Origin: Ancylonema sp. | Taxonomy: Eukaryota | NCBI GenBank assembly: GCA_050230475.1 | Contig: JBFLGF010000082.1 | Span: 1 to 64,000, forward strand | Length of the DNA stretch: 64,000 nt | Direction: 5' to 3' | Part shown: positions 37,052-49,751 of the stretch, piece after piece | Numbering within the stretch: the stretch's first letter is position 1 | How the letters are laid out: every line of letters begins with the position of its first letter | Notes under the pieces: model-generated | Seen by the model: the letters and a program-made list of their open reading frames with translations, nothing else | Database searches by the model: none | Told to the model about the DNA's origin: nothing | Position numbers and translations under genes: made by a program

Positions 37052-39090
37052 GTCTACAAGCACCAACGTGGATAAATAACCCAATAAGGGACTTTCAGAC
37101 ATCACAACTTAAATGGGAAAGTGGAGTATGTAAGTAAACAGTCGTGCAAGGGAGTTGATGCCAATTAACTTACTCTAACATAACTTATCTTGCTACATCA
37201 ACATCTCCCTACAAATTGGGGCCTGTTTCATCGTTTAGGACCACAAGAGTCGACACAAATATTTCCGAAAGCTTCCCTTTCATCAAAGGGCCAAGCGCGC
37301 TTTCAGATGCCTCATTCATTGTCGCTACACCTTCTAGTGCGATCTCCCCAAGCCTTATGCATCAAATCCCTCTTGGTCGAAGATGAGGCCGGGAATTGTG
37401 ATGTCCTCAATCTCGTCCTCCTCGGGTCCGGATGTGGGCACGTGGTCAAGGCGAGGGAAAGGTTCTGCGAATGATGCCGAACTTCCGGCCACCCTTGGGC
37501 GTACTAGGGAAGGTTTTTGAGAGTATAAGCCGGTCTTCACTTGCACAATTTTGGTCACACGCTCTGGGTCGAGTCGGTTCCGCGCCTTCGAGTGCACGAT
37601 CCCAAATATCGAGAAAAAAACGTTCGTCGCACGCCGCATTCACGCCAATTCGAAACAGCCATAGCGCGAGACTTGCGAGTTCCACTGATTTCCGGTCGTC
37701 CTCCAACAGCTTCCATGAGCGGGTGGGCGTCCGCGTGTTCTCGCTGAATGCCTTGAGAGTGGCTGCACATAGTCAATGAAAGCAAAGTTTGTTTCCCATC
37801 ACTCTTGCAAGCATAAATTTCACACCTGAAATATTAACGTACCTTTGACGAACGAGGACCCTTGCCCTCGAGGTAGAGGATGAAAGCACCCTAGAGATAG
37901 ACCGGGTCCTTTTGGAAGAACCGCTTGTAGGAGTCCACAAGGAGGAGGGACATGTTTGGCCACATGGTGAATGGATCACTGTCAGATCGAAACAAAATAT
38001 TCGCATTCTTTCAATTATTGTCAGATAAAAATGAAGGTATTCGGATCGAATCAAATATGGTCATATGTCGGTCCAAAGGTATGTAGGAATCCTTGCACCA
38101 TTCACATTTTTACATTGGCATTGTTTTACTTGCCAAAGCGCATGCGTTGCATAAAGCTTGATGGTGGGACTTATTTTTCATGCCGCCCCTTGCGAAGTGC
38201 CCCCATAGAGGGCCTAGAGCCCTCCCACCCGTTCGAGACTTCTCGGGAAGGGGAAGAAGGACAGGCAATGTAGTATTTCCTCCGAAGAGCCTCAATTCCG
38301 AGTCCCCTGGCCGACTCAGATCCGTACGCCCCGGAGCGTGGTCACCGTCGCTCAAATCCTCAGTCTCACAGTCCATGGCATACAGTACCCGATTAGGCCT
38401 CCAAAAATCCTGGCAGATCGACATCTGGCGTCTAATGTCCACTCAGAGTATCCGCAATGGCGGCACGTCACTTGCCACTTACTATTTGTCAGTCAATTTT
38501 GGTAGAAAGCTTCCAGTATTATTTTTTTTCCCCGAGGAGCAAAATTAGGCCCTAAATTGGTGATTGGGGTGAAAAACGCCTCTAAAATGCCCCTAAATTG
38601 AAATGTTATATTTAGGGGTTTTTAGGGGTGCTCTCCTGACGTACCCTTATTATGCTTTTGTTATTATGGTCTAAAAACCCCTAATTACGAAGAGGGTTTT
38701 CAGACCTGCCATCGAACACACACTAGATTCCCCAGTTCGTTATAACGTTCCGCGAATAAGAAGGGAATGCGGTTGTCCTGGCGCAAGGGGGCACAAGAAG
38801 GCGCAATAGGTTGTCTTGGCGCAGCAGAAGTCCGGAGAGGAGGGAACTACCAACTGGTGCAGAAGCACGCTGTACGTAGATACTCGGGTACATTCGCTAC
38901 GCTGCGTCTAATTTTCTTAGCGGAAGCACCTAATCCCGTATGAAGGACACTTGCACATTTTGTTGGATTATCACCCATCATCACCTCATCATCACCTCAT
39001 TATCACCTCATCATCATCATTTTACTAAATTTAAAAAAAAAACTAAATAGAAGGAGGATCAAAATTTGAATCTGCCAAGAAAAACTGGCC

Positions 39091-40773
39091 ATGTTTCGGA
39101 GAGGCCCGAGACGTCTCAGTGGCGGCAATCCTATGGTCTACTTAATCGCTCTGCAGGCCATTGGGCAGTTCCTTCAGCTTCAACGGAAACCCCCAGTTAC
39201 AGCGGCTGTTATTGCAGCCAATGTTGCTATCTACATGCGACCCGGGCCCCTTGATGTTATTTGACCTGGAGTCAGCAGTGTCTGTCTGAATCCGAGACTC
39301 TTTTTGGAGGTACCGCTTATTTTTATTTCCAGGAACTCGTGACCCAGAAAATATGACGGGTTACATTGAACAATGGAGTGTATACATCTCGACTTGCACC
39401 TGATGATTGTTGAAAGTGGCAAGATGTCATCACCCGGATGAATATGCTGTAGGCATATCACAATTTTCATAAAGCAGGGTATGACGACGTTAGCCCACGT
39501 TTACGACACAGTTGTTATCTGCTGACATCATGCTGTCAGATTCTTAGGTCGCTGAAACCTTCCAGCCGTTGATGGGAGTGATTTTGTTTAGCTTCACGTT
39601 GGTCGCACCACATAAAAAGAAACATTTGGAGATATTTTGATGTAAAATCAATTCGAAACATCCTCTTGAATTATGATCCACGAGCACGAAACGGATAGGA
39701 CACACAGCACATGAAGTGTAATATTAATAGTGTTCCAGACAATCACTTCAGTAAATATCCCATTCCAGGCTATGTGAATTGGCCTCCTGGCCCCAGTGAT
39801 CTACCTGTTCATTGTCGGTGCACTTCCGTGAGATTCGCCGGCTGACTCATCTGTGCCGTCGGATCTGCAGACGTTGGATCTGAAGCGCCTGGTTCTCAGC
39901 GCCGTTTATCACGCTGACGAAGTCCACCTCATCTACAACATGGTGTCGTTTCTCTGGAAAGGACTGTAGCTGGAGTTCCAGCTCGGCTCGGAAGCCTTCG
40001 CCCTCACCCTTGCCCAGCTCCTCCTTCTGTCTCAAACCTCCATGGTGCTTATATCGAAACTTTTGGCCACGTTCACTTCCTGGACCGCCCCCTTCAACAA
40101 CGAATGTGCGATCGGCTTCTCTGCTGTCGTTTTCGCTCTGAAAACTGTGCTGAATGCCTCCGACCCTTCCTTCTCCTCCGAGGCTGGACTCCTCCTTCCC
40201 ACGCGCTACATGGCTTGGGCAGAGTTGGTGCTCATTCAGTATATGGTCCCCAACGCGTCGTTTGTCGGACACTTGTCCGGAATATTGGCTGGCCTCATCT
40301 ACCTGCACCTTCCCAGAGTGGCCGGTAGTGCGGGTGGTGCGATTGGAGGAGTGCTTGGGGCTCTCCGGCTTCCCTTCTCTCACTTACGTCAGAGTTGGCA
40401 GAGAAGGGGAAGGTTTAGTGGAAGGAGTCGAGTCACAGGTCAAGGTTCAGGGCCCAATCAACACCAGAGTTCTGTCCACGTGCAAGGGGAGGGACCAGTT
40501 GTTCGTAGGTGCTCTGTGTGTACGTATGATTGCCACGATGCGCTGTCTGCATGCGAGATGTGTGGAACGTTATGGAGTACAGATGGAAGTTCAAGTGAGA
40601 ACCAGAATAAAAATCCACCTTCGGGGTGGGCGGGAAGACCGGATTTGTGGGCTCCGGAGACGGGATCTGGGTCAAATTCACAATCCCAAGCAGCCAGTGG
40701 GTATGTACACGGGGATGAGTTCCTCTCTGTGGACGAGTTGAGAAGGAGGCGCCTAAATAGATTTGCGAGGTGA
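39091..40773 (+). pseudogene. RBL14: Rhomboid-like protease RBL14/RHBDL4 type with two in-frame stops
   Basis: Exons 39091-39309 and 39871-40773. Motifs RKPPVTA, HLIYNMVSFLWKG, catalytic GFS and GHLSG, RanBP2-type zinc finger CSVCTY...CEMC, C-terminal ELRRRRLNRF. In-frame TGA at 39262-39264 and TAG at 39967-39969. Confidence 0.85.
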
Positions 40774-41703
40774 TGTGGATAATTCTATCAGTTTCTAGGT
40801 GACAATTTTCTAGGCTGTACATATGCATTTATTAAAGTGTATATTCTTCCACTTTAAATTTGTGTACATAATGTTAACCAAGAGAGGTACAAGGTGGAAT
40901 AGGCTGAATGTTGTGTACCAGATTCTTTACAAAGACCGGTGGATGAAGACCTTATGCTATGATTACATGTTTGTTGTAGAACCTTCAACTTTTTTGTGTG
41001 GACAATTGTATGCAAACACGTGTTTAAGTTGGCATGTGAGTGCACATGTGGTAATCTGGCAAATGCGTGATTGCGTGAATGCGTGAACGCGTGAATGTGT
41101 GCATTTGGTCAATGAATGTATCAATACAATTTCGTCCATCTAGATCTTGTAGTACTTTAGTTGTCTACGGCGCGTCTTTTAACAATTGGGACGCTAGAGT
41201 CCATATTCTTGAACTTCATGAGTGTGGGGAATAACATCACATGGAATCATAGAATTACTCCATCGAGTTGCTTATATATATTAAAGTGCACAAGCATGCT
41301 CATGCAACCGGACTCCGAATGCATGGACCGTAAGTTACAAAAAAACATATCATGATTATTCGAAAGTGCAACCAGACTCACATGTTTCACCGTTATATCA
41401 ACAATATTGATTTGACTATGGCAAGCATGGTAATGATATCACCAAACGACTTGGCATATCTCTCTCGCCACATTGAAAACACATCCCAAACTAATGCAAT
41501 TGTCAAACCCAATGTGGGAATACATGATATTTCCCCCCCCCCAAGGAAAGCAATTTCAAAATCATACATACAATTACAAGGAGGTTGTCCCGGAAGATAA
41601 CTCTATCACAAGTCCATTCCCTCTTAAGGATAGTATACAAACGGAAGTTGCAAGGAGTGTGTACATACAATCATAACACAATGTTCATGCACGATGATAC
41701 AAT

Positions 41704-44700
41704 TTATATTGCAGTCCCATTTTCTTCTTCATTCCCATCTTCAACTTGGAACGGCACCGTTTGCACCTGCACACCACAGAGGACGCACCAAGAAGCAATC
41801 AGTAAGTGACAAAAAAATCCAATAGCATTTCCAACCAGGGACATCATTATCGGTATATTCTAGACCAACCTAGCGAACTCCTGCGATTCATTTGACACAC
41901 GTGTCACATTCTATAAGTTGTGCGTGTGGCTGGTGAAATGTGCCTCTCACCAGCTGTCGAAACTTGAGTAGGTAGAACATTTCCAAATAGCGTCGTGCCT
42001 CCCGGCGCTCCAACTTGGAGACAAATTTCCAAAAGCCGTAAACTCGAGACAAGGTCGTCAATCGCTCCGCGTATATTCCCCACGTGTAGCTGCATAGCAT
42101 ACTAGTATTAGTTCTAACACCCCCTCCAATACCACACAACACCCGTGGGATTGATATGCATGCCTCATGTCGTCCTCCAATTTGGTCTTTCCCGTTGTTA
42201 TTTACATAATACTTGATGTGATATGCAAAATATTTTTTTAAAAAATATGCTTCAACGAGTCTTTTGTTCTTCTTCGAAATTGCTTGGACTACAATCAGAA
42301 GTGTATTGCGACGTCTTCACTTCTAGGTTCTTTGGATTCATCAATAATTTTTTTCAGACGCAAGTAGCACCACAGCAACGGTTTACCATGTGAATATCCG
42401 CTCCAAGCTCGCTTTGGAAACGCTCTCCCAATACCCCTTCTCTTCCGCACTCTTCTCGAAAAAGTCTGCGATCTTGTTTGCCATCTCCTCGCCATGGTAC
42501 GGGTCGACGTGGAACCCAGACTTGCCATCTTCGATGATTTCCGCCGGCCCGCCATGACACGTGGCGAAAGTGGGCAAGCCACAAGTCATGGCCTCGATCA
42601 CCGTCAACCCAAACGCCTCGTAGAGGGCGGGCTGCACATTGGGGACGAGACCAGGTATATGGCCGTTCGATAGCAACTCGTCATCATGAGGGTCTTTACT
42701 ATGCAAAAACCGGTACATGTCAAAATCCAACCATCTTGCCTTAAATGCATAAAGATGCAATGTAATGGACTTTGAGTTGAAAAACGTGGTAATGGGGCCA
42801 AGGCCCAAAACAAGATCATGTATAAGCAATGATATGAAAGAAAAAAAAAAAAAAAAAAAAAGTGGAAGAAGAAAAAAATGCGGGGGGGGGAAGGGAAGGA
42901 GGTGGGGTGGGATTAATAAGAAGAAAGGGAGAGAAAAACAATTGCATGCGCTCCCACACCCAACTCCTACCTGCACAAACGCTCCCCCCGTGTCCGCCAC
43001 ATATCGATAAATCTCCCCATTCCGCACCCTGTCCTTCTGCGCACAGATCCACCGAAACTGCCCCTCCAGCCCGTGCTCCTTGATGAGGGCGTGCATGATG
43101 CGGATCTGGTCGATTTCCTCGCGATCCTTCGACTGGCTCTCCTCCAGATTCCCGCCCACCACCACCAGGTGGCACAAATGGCGCATTCGCTCGTTCTTGG
43201 CGAACCACTCCACGAGCCCCGTGAGGTTCTTCACGCGGTCCAGGCGGGCCATGGAGAAGAGGATGGGCTTGTCGCGGCCGGTGAGGCGACAGCTGGCACA
43301 GGGATGGGGGGGGAATGGGGTTTCTTTTGGGACAAAGTTTGATTGATTGCTTTTGGACGAAGCTGAGGCATTCGTTAGGGTTGAGTATCGTACGTTACAC
43401 ATATGATTACCCTCAAGGCATTTTGCAATAGGTGGGGTAGATCATCGAATATTGATTTTAACAATTCCGCACTTTCTTGTGGTGGCGAAAATATATACTA
43501 GGAATATTTTTACTAGGTCGAAAATTTAAGGATCCACTTTTTTCAAATTCAGGGTCATGAACGATGGTCGGTACCATATGTCACTGTACCACCAATCTCT
43601 ACATCTGCAAATTCGCGAACCTAGAGAGGTACACATATACAAATATACAAATGTACCCCCCCCCACCCCAACTCCATCCCCCACCATTCCCACTTTCCCC
43701 CTCCCCCCCCCCCTCACCAATACTCCTCACTCTCTGTCTGTCCGTAGATGAGGTCCTCAATCGCAGGGTGCAGATCCCCCAGCCGTTTCTCCTCCTCGTT
43801 ATACGGGAAATACACGTTCTCGTCCGCCCCGGGGGACACGATGTTGAACTTGGGGTCGAACACGTCGATGCCGTCCACCACCCGGTACAGCCCCGGCATG
43901 GTGAACGCCATGTGGCGCTCGTACTGGCCCACGCTATCCTCCCTCCCGGCAATTTCCTGGTAGCTGCTGGTGACGATGAAGTCCGCGTGGTTCATGGCGA
44001 TGAGGTCCGCCGTGAACTGGCAGCTGAAGTGGTACTTGGAATCGAACTTGCGCCAGTAGATGTCGGAGTCGGGGTACTTGGTCAACTCAAGGGCGTGCGC
44101 GATGTTGCACTGCGCACACGGGGAACAGAAATAGACACCGTTTCTGTCGTTGCTCGTGTTTTTACTCCCCCCCCCCCCCACCTTCCCTTCCCCCCCAACC
44201 CCCCCCCCCCCCCCCTCCCCATCTGTGAATGAAACGATACTTCAGGATCGGCGGAAATAAATCGCGACGAGTAAGGTGCAAGTAGGAGACCCCCCCCCCA
44301 TCCCACCTTCCTCCCCCCCCCAAGTTCGTTGTTCCGTCTCCTTTACCTGCGTCACCCCCATCCTGTGCGACAGCAGCGAAGCCACCGTGTTGCCGTCCGA
44401 GTAGTTGCCGATCAACAAATCGGGATCGCCGCCCATCTCGGCAGGTAACTCTAACATAACGTCCTGAAACAGAACCCATAGCGATAACAAGAATGATGTC
44501 AGTTTTTACATCGACATCAATGTCAACGTCATTATAAATATAAATATAAATATCAATATCATATTAATATCAGTCAGTATCAATATCACTATCACTATCA
44601 ACATGAATGTCATTACAAATATTCATATCAACATCAATCTCAACATCAATATTAATATCGGTACCAGTACCACCCGCGCAGCTGCTCCCCCACACCCCCA

Positions 44701-47700
44701 CCCCCACCCAACCCGCAATCCCCCCCCCCCACTCTCGCCCCCCTGACCTCCGTGAACTGCTCCAAGTACGGCCACACATCGACTCTGGACACCCATTTCC
44801 TTAGCACCTTCCCCTCCTGTTTGAAAGGCACCCTCAAGATCCGCGCACTCTTCGTCCCCTCGATGGCCTCGATCCGCTGGTCGCAGCTCGTGCCCTTGGC
44901 GTCCGGAATGAGGCGGGTAACCACCACGATCTGAGGCTGGATGTCGAGGCCCTGCCTCGTGGCGTGCTGCAGGAGTTCTTTTTCGAGTGCCCGCACCTGG
45001 TCTAGAATGTACACCACCTGCCCGCCCGTGTCGGGCATCCCCAAAACGTTTGCCTGCCCGAAATAGCCGTGGGGGGAGAGGATGGCGACGCGGAACGTCA
45101 TGGGGATCCGTGCCAGGAATCGCTCAAGGGTGGCCGCGTCGGGGGCCTGGAAGATGTCCAGGAGGAGGTAGATGGTTTCGAGGCAGCGACCGGCGGTGTC
45201 CCCCCAACCCTTCTCCAGGCCGTGCTCTTGGAGCCTGGGGGGGGTGGAAGGGGGGCGGGGGGGGCGGGTGGAGGGGGGAGGGGGTGGGGGGGATGTCACG
45301 TTCTGATAATGAGGTTGTCGTTGGAATGACTGAGGAGAGGATAGATATCTCCGCCATATGTTTTCGCTTTCTTTGTTGTAGAACAGAAATACATCAGAGA
45401 TAGATAGATTTAAACGTGTCACTCTCTCGGTGAGTAGATTGGAAACGATAAATGATACACGATAAATGATGAAGGATACATGATAAACGATGAATTATAA
45501 ACGATAAATGATAAACGATATATTATGCCACATGTGGGGTCTGTTGACCACTCGGTATCCAGTTACAGATGATACCAGACTCACTATGCAGGCTTTTCGC
45601 AACCATTGAACCAACATAACCCAGCAGCCTCCCTCACTTCTTTTGGAATTGGGAGAAGGGTGTCTCCCCCTCCAGCTTCTCCAGATTGAGGGCCGCTTTC
45701 GTGAGTGCGGACTGCAGCTTCTCCAGCCCCTGCACCCGTTCGTTGAGCAGCAGCGTCTCCCCGTTGTAGTTGTGGAGGCGCAGGAAGTCGACAAGTGGCA
45801 GCAGGCAGGAGGGGTCTTTGAAGAGTCGCGAGGAGAGGTACTTGTTGAGGAACTGGACCCCGTTGCCCACGGATCGGGGCTGGGAGAGCTTGGGGAAGGA
45901 GGAGGTGAAGGGCTCGAAGTCGAGCTCCAGCACGTAACTGGAGGGCTTGTTTCTGGGGGAAAAAGACAGGGGGGGGGGGGGGGAAGGGAAGGCGCTGTTG
46001 TTGATTTAAGTCGGGAAGACGGTTGACTTTTTGGTGGATTTTGGACTTACTTGGGCTTGGACTCCACCAGGTTTTCTTTGAAGCTGAGGTACTCGGATAC
46101 GGTTAGGTCCTTCATGTCCATTGTGTCCGCGTTCACCCTGAAGTGGTGCCACACGCCCGGCTGGGGACGGACAGCAAAGGCAACCCAGGGAGGCTCAACC
46201 ACAGCCTCCTGGAGGGGGAGGAAGGGGGGGGGGGGATGGCGGGGGAGGGGGGTTGGGAAGGGGACGGGAATGGAAGAAGAATATTTAAATATTAAAAAGG
46301 CAGTGGTAGGGATGAGGCTGGTTCTGATGACTTTGTCCTTTGGTGTATGTTTTGTTGGGGTATTTTTCGGGTCATGCATTTTTAGGTGGAGAACTGTCGG
46401 AAACTGGTACTTGTTCTTTCTTCTCATTCGCACGTGTGAAGCAGACGTCAGATGTGAAATCAACCTCTTTACTATATGATGCTATTTGTGCCCATTGGTA
46501 TCAGAACGCTGTGTAGTTGCAGATTTAAATGAGTCAAACGGACCAGAAGATAAACATGGGAGGTGTGATTTTTTTACATCAAAATGAGGGATCGAGAAAA
46601 GAAAGACGACAGCGAAACAGCCATGGGAAAATAAACCAAGATGAGAACAAGCAGTAGCACAAAAGTATTTTTTTCTTCTGGTATCCTCAAAAAAAAATAA
46701 AAAAAAATGGAAACATAGTTCCTGGTAAGACTAAAATACATCTATTCATTGAGACATTGACATCACAGATAAAGCCAGAATGATAGACCCAACAGCTGAA
46801 CCATCGACATTTTGTTTTTTGCACAATTGATAAGCAATTAGAGAATAGCAGACGTGGTCACCTTACAAGACTCTATCCGATCTTTTTGAGCCAGTGTTAA
46901 AAGAATTTGATTTTGATACTGCTGACTGTTTATTTGAAAATGACACATCGAATATCCTCAGCTTCTTCCACGTCTCTAGGTATCTAGGTATCTAGGTATC
47001 TAGGTATCTAGGTATCTAGGTATCTAGGTATCTAGGTATCTAGGTATCTAGGTATCTAGGTATCTAGGTATCTTGAATTCCTGGCATCTGGCCCAGCGAT
47101 AAAGTCCCCGAAGGTGGCAGTCACAGTTGGGAATCATACGGAGTAGTCAAACAGGAATAAAGTGGCTGTGCATTTCTTGATATCATTACCTGAGTGTTCT
47201 GCAGAACTTTGCCGAACGCGTTTCCCAACATGCATGTTTCGTCCTCTTCATTGCAAGTAAACTCCTCTCGCAGTATGTCCTTCAACTCGTGTGCTTGGAG
47301 AATGGGCTTCTTTAGCTCCAAATACCTGCGGCAGCATAGATAGGCAAGCAGGCGGCACTTCAGAGGGGTGTAGAAATCCACCAAAAAAACAACTCCAGAC
47401 TTGTGGGAGAGTAGGGACGGTCTGCTGAATTCCAGTTTACCGCCTCCCAGTTCAGTCATAAGTGTCAGTAGTGTCAATCAGCTTACAACTAAGTTTGAAC
47501 ATAAAACAAAATAAGCACAGGTGAACTGTCGTCACTAAGCCTTGAACTGGAAAAGGGGAGCTAGGGACCGGCGCCTTTACGCTGCTGAAGATGGAACCTT
47601 GGATAAAAAACAGGACTAAGAGCAAAGTCGTGAATTCTGCAGGGACAAAATAGAATACCTGTTCAACAGTCTCTTCGTGTCATCTTTCTGGTCTGAAATA

Positions 47701-47759
47701 GTCCGCCTCACACTTTCAGTAATACTTTTGTGCCGTTCGAGCCGATTAACCACCCTCAT
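41704..47759 (-). CDS. SUS: Sucrose synthase
   Basis: Motifs [103 protein letters not shown]. 11 GT-AG exons approx. 47759-47659, 47325-47190, 46208-46051, 45952-45638, 45234-44748, 44463-44347, 44110-43718, 43292-42971, 42632-42387, 42089-41951, 41766-41704. Frame intact. Confidence 0.97.
46975..47073. repeat. (TATCTAGG)n tandem repeat in SUS intron 2
   Basis: 11 perfect units at 46981-47068 plus partial units on both sides. Confidence 0.95.
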
Positions 47760-48667
47760 GGCTCCACCTCCCGTGTTTCCTCGCTTGAGCCGACTGCTGC
47801 TATTACAGGAGGCCACAATCTGGTTGTAGATTCGTGCACTCGTGTATGTTGCTGGTCACGAATGTGTCGCAGGAGGGAAATTGTGGTGATCGAATTGTCC
47901 TGATCGCTGACAGTTGATGAGAATACCTGGCGGAATGGAGGAAGGATTTGCATGGCTTCAGCCAGTCAGCAATTGTTCTGCCTTCCTATGGTACCGCAAT
48001 GGAGGTGCCAAGTGTCAATTGTTCAGTCCGTCTGTGTGTGATCCGTACAATCGGGACAGAAGCCGTGTCATCCCGCTGCAAATTGCTACCGATAGTGACC
48101 GGTCGACCGTCCATTCGGTCCTGGTGTTGACTCGATCTCCCGGACACGTGTTGATAAATCGAAGACAATTGCTGACTGACCAATTGGGTCGCTTTCCTCT
48201 CGCCTTTCATATCGTCTGGCGCAAAATGCTGTATTCATTTGCGCCACCCTTTCGCAGGACCACTATCATGACCTTAGGTGGCCTGAGATGGAACAGCAGG
48301 GGAAAAATAGAGGAAGAGCTGGTGATGACCTATCGCTCTGTTCTGTCAGTGTTTGGAGATGCGCAAGTGAAAAAATTGACTGTGTAGAGCAATGTATTTT
48401 TTTCAGTTTCAGAAACGAAATAAGCATTTTGCGATTCCAAATTCGCTTCTTAGAGAATTCAAGACTCTGTTGGAACATGGCTTGACAAACGTCCTTCCGT
48501 GCGCTCCTCATCTCCCGTCCTTGAGCCATTCATTCGACATCAAAATTGACGGGCACACATGAGCCAGTGTTAATGTCTGACAATGTTCATTTCCGGAGAA
48601 GGCAGTCATCCCCTGCACGCGCGGTAACGCGTGAGGAATGGTGACAGTCCACAGTGGGCCCCGCAGG

Positions 48668-49434
48668 ATGGCCTCACCTGACGGTGCCATGTTTGACCGC
48701 GATGACCCACGAATCAAGGAGGTACAAGTGCCCACCGGCTGCAAATTTAATTTGGAACTGCTATATAGGCAATCAAGAGACATAAATAATGTCTGTATGT
48801 GTTAAACTGGCTAAGAATATTGATGGCTCCTGGTCTCGAATGAAAGAAAATCGGAATCACTTCTACGCATTTGTGGAGAGCATGCACAACAACCCTGATT
48901 TCCCTTCTCAGTGTTCAGGACATTCTACGGATGATGATGCAGTACCTGGAGGGAGAGGATCTGAGTGCTTCGGCAGCCACGATCCAGGATGAGGCAACCC
49001 TCAAGAACACCCTCCACTTGCGCCAACGGGCGCAATTCAAATCTATTTCAGACGCTATCTTTGGTCCGCTTCCGCATCCCACTCTCCTTCCACACTCGTC
49101 GTCCTTCCCCGTATGAACCTCTCTATATAGGCACAAACCAGATATAAGGAAGACATCCTGGGCACATAATACAATTTGCCTCTTTTCTCTACATGCTGTA
49201 GAGACTCAACCTCCATATAGGCACCAAAGCATCCTATCACCAAAAAGTGTGCCTCGACAGAGGGACGACTGTTTTCATGCCCTTATCCCCCTTCTCCCCT
49301 AGGGTTCAGGAGGGAAGTGGGCGGAATTGGACGACCACCTCCAACCATTTGGCGCAAAGGACTTGAGCCACCTCCACTACTGCCTCTACAAACATCAGTA
49401 CCTCGAACTCATCGAACAACAAGAGATGACCAAG
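48668..49434 (+). pseudogene. 5' fragment of a LisH-CTLH (probably WD40) gene
   Basis: Exons 48668-48721, 48919-about 49063, 49310-49434. LisH DILRMMMQYLEGEDLSASAATIQDEA. CTLH ISDAIFGGKWAEL...LYKHQYLELIEQQE. No further exon is visible before retroelement sequence. Confidence 0.7.
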
Positions 49435-49751
49435 GTTCTAGGGTTCAGAGCCATACACCTCTACCTGAAAAACCCTAAACATAGTCCACATGCTACAAAC
49501 CTCACTCTCTAAAAGCTCATCATCGACCACACACTTCAAACCCCAATTTTTTATCATGGAAACGAAACAGTTCATTCAACCTCCTCTATGCTCTATACTC
49601 TATACTCTATACTCTACTTCAATTCATTATACTTCCCTCCATATAGGTACAACCGTCATCCATGCTTGGAGCAGGCATATATATATACAAACATAACCCC
49701 CTCCCCTCCCCTCCTCTCCCCTTTCCTCTCCTCCCCTATGCTCCCCTCTCC

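Larger units (their letters stand above)
30049..38710 (-). mobile_element. Internally deleted hAT transposon hosting a copia insertion
   Basis: Direct repeat ATCGAACA at 30041-30048 and 38711-38718. Left end CAGGGATGGCA and CCCTAAAT subterminal repeats at both ends. BED finger LWGHF...CNAC at about 38140-38220. Dimerization domain FFSIFGIVHSKARNRL at about 37570-37620. Confidence 0.85.

Noticed and set aside
39262..39969. Alternative genetic code (TAG=Gln) to explain the rhomboid stops
   Set aside because: UTP12, TOC159 and SUS have no in-frame TAA/TAG over long frames. TAG and TAA end the HMA-like and SUS genes, and the other stop is TGA.
46496..46506. TGGTATCAGA PBS-like motif in a SUS intron
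   Set aside because: No adjacent LTR or internal domain, so probably chance.
46975..47073. (TATCTAGG)n as interstitial telomere
   Set aside because: It does not match TTTAGGG-type repeats and is treated as an intronic tandem repeat.
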